A stretch of 64,000 nt of DNA, taken from NCBI GenBank assembly GCA_963663275.1, contig OY760183.1:352001-416000 (forward strand), written 5' to 3'. How positions within the stretch are numbered: the first letter of the stretch is position 1; each line of letters begins with the position of its first letter. The notes under the pieces are model-generated. The model was not told the DNA's origin, searched no databases, and was given only the letters and a program-made list of their open reading frames with translations. The DNA comes from Chloroflexota bacterium (GTDB lineage Bacteria > Chloroflexota > UBA11872 > VXOZ01). Below are positions 56,970 through 64,000 of the stretch, piece by piece. The position numbers and the translations under genes are program-made.

Positions 56970-57072
56970 GTGCGTTCAACGCGATTGTTCAGCCCGGTTG
57001 TTCCGCGCAATAGTTCAGCCTGATCGTTCAGCACAACTGTCCAGCGCAATTGTCCGGTGTGATTGTTCAGCC
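56970..57072. repeat. Degenerate ~13-bp tandem repeat (about 7-8 copies)
   Basis: Consensus GCGATTGTTCAGC, directly upstream of the Ldh_2 gene. Confidence 0.65.
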
Positions 57073-57515
57073 GCAAGGCATACTCCTCATCCGTTCGCCC
57101 TGAGCGTGTCGAAGGGCGCCCGTATGCCGCGGCAGTAGCCGCAATGCGTATTGAAGCCGTCGGTAGCCGGCAACCGTTCTTGCCGCATGGCAATTGCAAG
57201 CCTCAGCCTACGCGCCAACTTGGGGCGCACGCCCTGCCAGTATAGCACCCGCGCCGCCGCGAGGCGGATTCGGCTGGGTTCTGCGCGCGGGTCACGCGCT
57301 CCGCAAGCTGTGCCGGTCGTTCTGCGCACAGCAAGGGGTATGAAACGCGCTGCCTGAGCATTCCGGTTCTCAAAGCATTCTCCACTTGCCCGCCGCCCCG
57401 AGACACCGCTTACGCGAGCGGATGCTAGCCAAACAAAGGGGATTCCCTATAGCGGCATACCTGACAAGTCTGAGAGAATTCATACAGCCCACGTGCTCCG
57501 TTACCGGAAACTACC

Positions 57516-57544
57516 TTGACGTGCTCGATCACGTTGTCTAGCGT
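57516..57544 (+). promoter_or_regulatory. Putative promoter of the secreted repeat protein gene
   Basis: TTGACG-N17-TAGCGT. Confidence 0.4.
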
Positions 57545-57603
57545 AGAGGGCATAGCGGGCAGCGCGGCATCGTCAATTGCGCAAAGGGCCGGAGGGATAC
57601 GCC

Positions 57604-60102
57604 ATGAAACGTCTTGCGGTACTCATCGGCTTTGCCTTGTTCCTGTTCATGCCGGCTTCCCTCTCGGCGGCGGAGTGCCAGTTCGTCCTCGGCTTTGCGA
57701 CCCTCCGCGACCTCATCGGCCACGACTTCGTCGGCGAGTGCCTGGAAGACGAGCACTACAACGCCACCGGCGACAGCGTGCAGCAGACCACCGGCGGCCT
57801 CCTGGTCTGGCGCAAAGCCGACAACTGGACCGCCTTCACCGACGGCTACCGCACCTGGATCAACGGCCCCAACGGCCTGGAACAACGCCTGAATACCGAA
57901 CGCTTCCCCTGGGAACCCGACTACGCCCCCGGCGGCGGCATCGCCACGCCCACACCCGCGCCGACACCTCCGCCCGCGCCGACACCTCCGCCCGCGCCAA
58001 CACCTCCACCCGCGCCGACACCCCCGCCCACGCCAACGCCCCCGCCTGACCCGGAGACGATTCACAGTGCCAAGCGGGCCTTAGCGGCCCTCTGGTGGGT
58101 ACAGGATGGATTGACGAACCTGGAGGAACGCGCGGTATCTTCCTTGCAAAGGCTGGCGCAAGAGCATCCCCGGGCCTTGCTGGCGCTTGTAGGAAAGCCA
58201 AAGGCGTGGCTGCCGCCGCGCTTCCAGGCGGATCTGTCAATTTACAGACCACTGTTGGCCCTTAGCGCCATAGATGAATCTGTGGTGGCGGAGTTCAGCG
58301 ACGTGCCCATGCTCAGGGAGAATGTCGCATTCACACGGGAAGCCCTCTCTATGCTGGCCTCGGTGTCGCAATCTAACCCGTCGTTTGTGCGAGAGGCTTT
58401 CTCTCATCCCCCGTTGCACGATACCTATGTGGCCGATGATGCGGTACGGCTCATGTTGTTCATTCTCAAAGCGGAAGACCCGGAGGCGGCTGCGATGATC
58501 GAGGCCCTGCCTTGGATCCGGGACGGAATAAACGCTCCTCCGTACTTGGATAGGAGTTCGGATGACGATCCGTCCGTGTTCGAGCGGTCTCATGCGCACA
58601 ACTTGGTGCTCTTGGCGCGCAACTCCCGGCAGACGTTCATCGAATTGATGAGCAAGGCCTGGATTCAGGACGGCCTGACGCAAACCGAGCATCAAGTGCT
58701 CTTCAACATCTTCGACCTGGTAGGAAACGACGTGGCATCGGCGCGCAAACTCGTCGCGATGCCCTTCCTGGAGACCATCGACGGCGGCGAAATCGTCATC
58801 CTGCAGTCAATGTCGGAGTGGACTTGGACCATAGACTACGTCCACGAGCGGTTTCTCGCCCATCCGGCGTTGTCCGGCGGCATAACCGACGAACACAAGG
58901 CAGCTATGGTCCTGGTTGGCTTGGAACTCGCCTACCCGGAAGAAGCGGCGATCATTGCCGCGCTGCCATGGGTCCAGGACGGCGTCACCGAAGAAGAGTT
59001 CGACGCTTTCCACCAGTTCCAGTGGATTGCCCTGGAATCCCAGGCACTGTTGCGCGCGCTAATCCAGAAGACTTGGGTTCAGGACGGCCTCACCACGGAC
59101 GAGCATTACGTGCTCTTCTATTTCTGGCGTTTCGCCAGTCTGCTCGATGACGAGGCGGCCTTGCTGCGTATCCTCGAGATGCCGTTCCTGGATGCTGTTG
59201 ACGGCGTCGACGCCGCGGCGCTCGGCTCTCTGTTCAGTTTGGGCATTTCGCGCGGCCAGACCTACCTATGGGAAGTCTTGTCTCACCCCACGCTGCGCGG
59301 CGGCATCAGGGATGAACACGCGGCCATCGTTGCGGTGCTCAGCGCCGTGGACTCTGTCGCGCCGGATTTGGTGAGTCCTATGCTCCATTCCGGGCAGGCC
59401 ATCGTCGAGCGGCGCGTACTCTCGTTGCCCAATCTTGGCCAGATAACGCTGGCAGTCATCCCCGCAAGCCAGCAGACGCCCAGCACGACAATGCAATGGC
59501 TGGAGCACGCGGTCCGCAGCCACGTGGAGTTCATGGGCACGCCCTCCCCCAGGAGCCACTTTGCCCTTTGGGTCCACGATAGAGCCGGCGTCAGCAGAGG
59601 GCCAACGGGGATTTACGGAATCCGCAACGTGGATAGCGCTAGCGAAATCGCCTATAGAACAGCGGGCGCCTACTGGCGCGCTGCGCCGCGGTGGCTTGCC
59701 GAAGGCACCGCGATCCTGCTGGAGAAAGTCTCGGAGCAGGCGCGCACTGGCACACCCATCACGCCGCGTGGAAGCGGCGAGTGCGCTCAAGCCAGGAATA
59801 TCGCCCACCTCGACCGGCTGACCTCTGACTCGCGCGACACAGGGAATTGTCCGTTCAACCTGGGGTCGGGCCTGTTCGTGGATTTGTACCACAGCCTGGG
59901 GGTTGAGGCGTTCCGGCAGGACTTCCGCAGCTTGAACCTGAAGTTGAGGAATTCCGAGCACTACGATGAGTGCGTCGGTATCGAGCGCGGCGTCTGCTAC
60001 GTGAAAGCCGCCTTTGTGACCGATGCGCCTCCGGCCCATGCGGCAATCGCAGAGCCAATCATCAACCGCTGGTACTACGGCTCGGCGCGTAGAGCCAATT
60101 AG
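57604..60102 (+). CDS. Secreted protein: conserved N-terminal module, Pro/Thr linker, LPW-x-QDG helical repeats, degenerate gluzincin-like C-terminal domain
   Basis: Signal peptide; (PTPPPA)n linker; recurring LPW..DG / MPFL / HP.L.GGI.D; IAYRTAGAYW...WLAEG. Confidence 0.8.
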   Translation: MKRLAVLIGFALFLFMPASLSAAECQFVLGFATLRDLIGHDFVGECLEDEHYNATGDSVQQTTGGLLVWRKADNWTAFTDGYRTWINGPNGLEQRLNTERFPWEPDYAPGGGIATPTPAPTPPPAPTPPPAPTPPPAPTPPPTPTPPPDPETIHSAKRALAALWWVQDGLTNLEERAVSSLQRLAQEHPRALLALVGKPKAWLPPRFQADLSIYRPLLALSAIDESVVAEFSDVPMLRENVAFTREALSMLASVSQSNPSFVREAFSHPPLHDTYVADDAVRLMLFILKAEDPEAAAMIEALPWIRDGINAPPYLDRSSDDDPSVFERSHAHNLVLLARNSRQTFIELMSKAWIQDGLTQTEHQVLFNIFDLVGNDVASARKLVAMPFLETIDGGEIVILQSMSEWTWTIDYVHERFLAHPALSGGITDEHKAAMVLVGLELAYPEEAAIIAALPWVQDGVTEEEFDAFHQFQWIALESQALLRALIQKTWVQDGLTTDEHYVLFYFWRFASLLDDEAALLRILEMPFLDAVDGVDAAALGSLFSLGISRGQTYLWEVLSHPTLRGGIRDEHAAIVAVLSAVDSVAPDLVSPMLHSGQAIVERRVLSLPNLGQITLAVIPASQQTPSTTMQWLEHAVRSHVEFMGTPSPRSHFALWVHDRAGVSRGPTGIYGIRNVDSASEIAYRTAGAYWRAAPRWLAEGTAILLEKVSEQARTGTPITPRGSGECAQARNIAHLDRLTSDSRDTGNCPFNLGSGLFVDLYHSLGVEAFRQDFRSLNLKLRNSEHYDECVGIERGVCYVKAAFVTDAPPAHAAIAEPIINRWYYGSARRAN

Positions 60103-60162
60103 ATTAACCCATCAGGCCCGCTGGCGGGGCGCATCCCGGAAATCCCCCCGCGTCCGCTCGGG

Positions 60163-61221
60163 TCAGGGGCCCGCCTCGTCGGGAGCCGGTTTGCGCCAGA
60201 CCGCCCGCAGCAGCAGGCCCGCGATCAACAGGCAGATCGCCCCGGACACGCCCAGCAGCAGGAACGCCGCCACCGTATCCAGGAAGTGCAGGCGGCTCAC
60301 GCTTTCGGACAACTCTTTCAGCGCCACGGCCGCGCCGCCGCTGAGCACGGTCACGCCGAACAGACCGCGAATGCGCCCGGGAACCACGAAGCGGGTTGCC
60401 GTGGCCCCCACCTGCGCGCCCGCCGAGGCTGCGGTCAGCATGATGATAGCCATGAGCAGGTCCACGTGGTTGCCCAGGGCGTAGATGAACGTCCCCACCG
60501 AGCCGGTGATGATGATCTGAAAGAGGTCGGTGCCGATGGCGATCACGGTGGGCACGCCCAGCACGTAGACCAGTAGGGGCATCAGGATGAACCCGCCGCC
60601 CGCCCCCAGCAGCCCGGCCATGAAGCCCACGCCGAAACCGACGCTGAACGGCACGAATACGGAGATGCTCTGAATCTCCGACAGGGGCAAGGCTACCCGG
60701 GTGGGCGTGCGCCCCCGTCCCGGCAGCCAGACGGCATGGGGCGGGATGCGCAGCGACTGCACCGTGCGCGCCAGGCTTGCGGTGGAAACCGCGTCGCCGG
60801 CCGCGTCCGCGCGCCGCCGCACCTTGAAGTAGTCGTAGACGATGAACGACCCCAGGGCGCCCAGAAAGACGACGTACACGTACCGGATCACCGGGCCGAT
60901 GATGCCCGCCTCCAGCAAGGCCACGTTCAGCCGCTCCGCCAGAATCTCGCCGGGCACCGTGCCGCAGACCATCAGCAGCCCCAGCCGGAAGTCCACGTGG
61001 CCCAGGCCCTTGTGCTTCAGCATGTTGATGATGGAGGAACCCATCACCAGGGTGAGGCCGGTGCCCACCGCGAAGATGGGCGGCACGCCGAAGACCAGCA
61101 ACCCCCCGGTAATCAGGAACCCGCCGCCGACGCCGAAGAAGCCGCCCAAGGTGCCCACGATCAACCCCAGCATCACCAGGAGTACCGGGTCCACCGCCAC
61201 GCCGGCATTGGGAAAGAACAT
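60163..61221 (-). CDS. Sulfite exporter TauE/SafE family membrane protein
   Basis: Duplicated G..G.GGGF...(P)...AVGT/AIGT halves; multiple TM helices. Confidence 0.9.
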   Translation of the reverse strand: MFFPNAGVAVDPVLLVMLGLIVGTLGGFFGVGGGFLITGGLLVFGVPPIFAVGTGLTLVMGSSIINMLKHKGLGHVDFRLGLLMVCGTVPGEILAERLNVALLEAGIIGPVIRYVYVVFLGALGSFIVYDYFKVRRRADAAGDAVSTASLARTVQSLRIPPHAVWLPGRGRTPTRVALPLSEIQSISVFVPFSVGFGVGFMAGLLGAGGGFILMPLLVYVLGVPTVIAIGTDLFQIIITGSVGTFIYALGNHVDLLMAIIMLTAASAGAQVGATATRFVVPGRIRGLFGVTVLSGGAAVALKELSESVSRLHFLDTVAAFLLLGVSGAICLLIAGLLLRAVWRKPAPDEAGP

Positions 61222-61224
61222 CGC

Positions 61225-61443
61225 CTACCCCCGCCCGTTGGTCCGGGCGCGACTCCCGGCCCAGGCCGATACGACCCACCGCAGGACCATTTCCCAGAGG
61301 ACGTAGAGGCCCAGTCCGGTACCCGCCACCACCGCCATGACCGACAAGGCCCACAGCAACGGCCACCGGCTGCTGAAATCTTGCAGAAAGTCCGTCAGCG
61401 CATCGTACATGCCACCCAGTATAGCCAATGGCGCCTTGCCCAT
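61225..61443 (-). CDS. Small single-TM protein cotranscribed with the TauE gene
   Basis: Stop 3 nt before the TauE start; hydrophobic helix; start uncertain (61443 or 61410). Confidence 0.55.
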   Translation of the reverse strand: MGKAPLAILGGMYDALTDFLQDFSSRWPLLWALSVMAVVAGTGLGLYVLWEMVLRWVVSAWAGSRARTNGRG

Positions 61444-61664
61444 GTCGGCGCGGGATTCCCGCATCGATGCGACGGCGCGCGCGGAGATGCGCCTGCGGAG
61501 CCGCCGCCTGCGTGATATACACTCGCCCGGAAGAAGCCGCGATTGCCGGTCCATTCACTTGTCAGTAGTATTATGCCCAAGTACACTGAGCGCATCGGCA
61601 GGGAAGCCTGCATAAAGACGTCTGTAATCTCGATGGCGGTGCGCGAGAGACCGGAGAGACGCCC

Positions 61665-64000
61665 ATGAAACGCCTCGCTCTACTCTTCGCCTTTGCCCTC
61701 TTCTTGTTGTTGCCCACGTCCGTTCCCGCGGCGGAGTGCCAATTCGTCCTCGGTTTCGCGACGCTGCGCGACCTCATCGGCCACGATATCGTCGGCGATT
61801 GCCTGGAAGGCGAGCATTACAACGCCACCGGCGACAGCGTGCAACAGACCACCGGCGGCCTGCTGGTCTGGCGCAAGGCCGACAACTGGACCGCCTTCAC
61901 CGACGGCTACCGCACCTGGATCAACGGCCCCAACGGCCTGGCGCAGCGGCTCAATACCGAAGTCTTCGACTGGGAGTTGGCGCACGCTCTGGAGTCATTG
62001 CCCTGGATACAGGATGGATTGAACGACAATCAGGAGCGATTTGTATCCGATACGCTCCACGGATGGGTTGATCAATTCCCTCTCGTAGCTTGGGAACTCG
62101 CTCAGACACCGTGGATGCGGTCCAGCCAATTGAATATTCCCCGCGTGCACTACTATTGGATGATTCAGTACATCGATACAGTTGTTCGGATCGATGAAGC
62201 AGCCGCGTTAAGGCTAATCAGGATGCCGTTCACGCAGAGCGTTGCTTTCGGCTCTACCAGCGCGTGGAGAACCCTGGCTCAAATAGTCGCCGCTGATCCT
62301 GAGGGCTTCGCTGCGCTCCTCGCCGATCCCAGGCTGGCTGACGGCATTCGCAGCGATCAGGCGGCGGAAGTCTCCGCGATCTATCTGGAAATGCTCGACC
62401 CTCCGGCGGCCGCCGCGATCAGGGGAATGGCATGGACGTATGAAGACCCATGGCGCGCCCATGAATTGAGAATCCTGGCTCAGATGTCGCCCCCTGTTTT
62501 CTGGGCTTGGATTGCCCAATGTCGTTCCTACCACGACCGCTGCCCCGGTACTTTGACGTCCATTACCGAATTGGCCCAGGCCGATGAGGAATCGGCATTG
62601 CGGATCATTAAGATGCCCTTCTTGAGCACCTGGAATCAGGGCAGCGACCAAGCGGTGCTAACGTATGCCGCGCACCTGGCCGAGGAAGACCCGGCCAGCC
62701 TCCGGCAAGTCCTATCCCACCCGAAACTGCGCGGCGGCATTACGGACGACCACATTACAACCTTCGCCCTGCTCGTCCTGGGAGTGGAGCGCCCGGAAGC
62801 GGCGGCCGCGATTATGGCCTTGCCGTGGGTCCGCGACGGCGTGCAACGGCCCGTAAGAGCATATGAGGTACACGCTGGAGATCCAGCGCAGTGGGAAGAA
62901 GACGTGGCGTTGAGCCTGGTGAGTATTGCCTGGAACTCTCCGGAAGCGGCGCTGGCGCTGGTGGGGAGGCATTGGCTGCGCGACGGCGTAAGTTGGGACG
63001 AACAACAGGTGATGAGTCAACTCCCCTGGCTGGTTGGGCCTGATCCGGCAACAGCCCTGCGACTTGTAGAAATGCCTTTCCTCGCGGTGTCCGCGTCAAA
63101 AGACGATTCCAGCATCATAGGCAATCTGATGGACATGGTGACGTATAGCCCAAACCCGGATAAGCCGGCGGTCCTGCGCGAGGTGCTCGACCACCCGTGG
63201 CTGCAAGGCGGCATCCGGGACGGCTACCGTCATGTCGTGGAGTTGCTGGCTGTCAGCAGGCAAAACCCTGAGATAGCGGCAGCCATCGAATCCTTGCCCT
63301 GGATCCAGGACGGCATCGACGCCTCTGAATTGCAAGCCATGACCGTCCTCTATGGGGTAGCCCTGCAAGCGCCGCATTATATCCCAATCCTGGTTTCACA
63401 TCCTTGGGCGCAAGACGGTCTCGACGCGGCCGATCAAAACAGGGTGCGCAGAGTTGTGGCAGAAAGATTCGGGCCCCAGCCCACACCCACGCCGTCCGTA
63501 CCACCGGCGGTCATCGCGGCGCAACGGGCGATAGCCGCCCTGCCTTGGGTGGAGGACGACGTCGAGAAACCTCCGGACTGGGGAACAGCCAGGGTGAGCA
63601 CACTCGAGCGTCTGCGCCGAGCACATGACAATTTGCAGCAAATCGCCGAGCATGCTCCGGAAGCGGCGATGGCTCTCGTTGGCAAGCGTTGGCTGCGCGA
63701 CGGCGTGACATCGTGGGAAGAGGAAGCGCTTCGCTACCTTGCCGAAATCGCTGAGTTTGACGCGGCATCGGCTCTGCAGATCGTGGAAATGTCCTTCCTC
63801 GCAGCGTCGGTAACGCGTGAGGATGCTAGCATTCTGGACACTCTGAGAATCATGACGTACTACAGTCCAAACTTGAACAAGCGAGAGGTCCTGCAAGAGG
63901 CGCTCACGCATCCCCTGCTGCGCGGCGGCATCTGGGACGGCTACCGTACTCGCGTGGAGTTCGTGGCGATTGGCATACAGTCTCCTGGGGTTGGGGCGGC
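61665..64000 (+). CDS. Secreted repeat protein, paralog of 57604-60102; partial, runs off the window
   Basis: Absent from the ORF track, consistent with having no stop in the window; manual translation gives MKRLALLFAFALFLLLPTSVPAAECQFVLGF..., then LPW..DG / MPFL / HP.L.GGI.D repeats. Confidence 0.85.
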   Translation, partial: MKRLALLFAFALFLLLPTSVPAAECQFVLGFATLRDLIGHDIVGDCLEGEHYNATGDSVQQTTGGLLVWRKADNWTAFTDGYRTWINGPNGLAQRLNTEVFDWELAHALESLPWIQDGLNDNQERFVSDTLHGWVDQFPLVAWELAQTPWMRSSQLNIPRVHYYWMIQYIDTVVRIDEAAALRLIRMPFTQSVAFGSTSAWRTLAQIVAADPEGFAALLADPRLADGIRSDQAAEVSAIYLEMLDPPAAAAIRGMAWTYEDPWRAHELRILAQMSPPVFWAWIAQCRSYHDRCPGTLTSITELAQADEESALRIIKMPFLSTWNQGSDQAVLTYAAHLAEEDPASLRQVLSHPKLRGGITDDHITTFALLVLGVERPEAAAAIMALPWVRDGVQRPVRAYEVHAGDPAQWEEDVALSLVSIAWNSPEAALALVGRHWLRDGVSWDEQQVMSQLPWLVGPDPATALRLVEMPFLAVSASKDDSSIIGNLMDMVTYSPNPDKPAVLREVLDHPWLQGGIRDGYRHVVELLAVSRQNPEIAAAIESLPWIQDGIDASELQAMTVLYGVALQAPHYIPILVSHPWAQDGLDAADQNRVRRVVAERFGPQPTPTPSVPPAVIAAQRAIAALPWVEDDVEKPPDWGTARVSTLERLRRAHDNLQQIAEHAPEAAMALVGKRWLRDGVTSWEEEALRYLAEIAEFDAASALQIVEMSFLAASVTREDASILDTLRIMTYYSPNLNKREVLQEALTHPLLRGGIWDGYRTRVEFVAIGIQSPGVGA

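Overview
High-GC bacterial chromosome segment. By inference from gene content (rny plus spoVS, Tat-lipoprotein solute-binding proteins, LPW-x-QDG repeat proteins, expanded Uma2 genes) it is most consistent with Chloroflexota. The backbone is housekeeping and catabolic: rny, spoVS, fabF-accB-bioY-acpP-SDR-rnc-smc, a liv-type ABC operon, a sulfatase, sugar oxidoreductases and kinases, two tRNA-Ser genes, plsC-ispH and der-plsY-recX. Most long intergenic gaps are filled with palindromic REP-like repeats of at least 8 classes. The main accessory features are: (1) a RAYT locus with an IS4 inserted into the centre of one of its REPs; (2) four families of 140-180 bp MITEs whose IS-type terminal inverted repeats enclose REP pairs, one family sharing ends with that IS4 and carrying the REP it inserts into; (3) an IS481 inserted into another repeat class; (4) five tandem 182-aa Uma2-family nuclease genes with one hypervariable segment and mosaic flanks; (5) a type II restriction-modification pair; (6) an antisense two-gene insert splitting the liv operon; (7) two large secreted repeat proteins sharing an almost identical N-terminal module. 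No CRISPR array, cas operon, integrase or reverse transcriptase was found. All calls come from reading motifs by eye; no database search was run.
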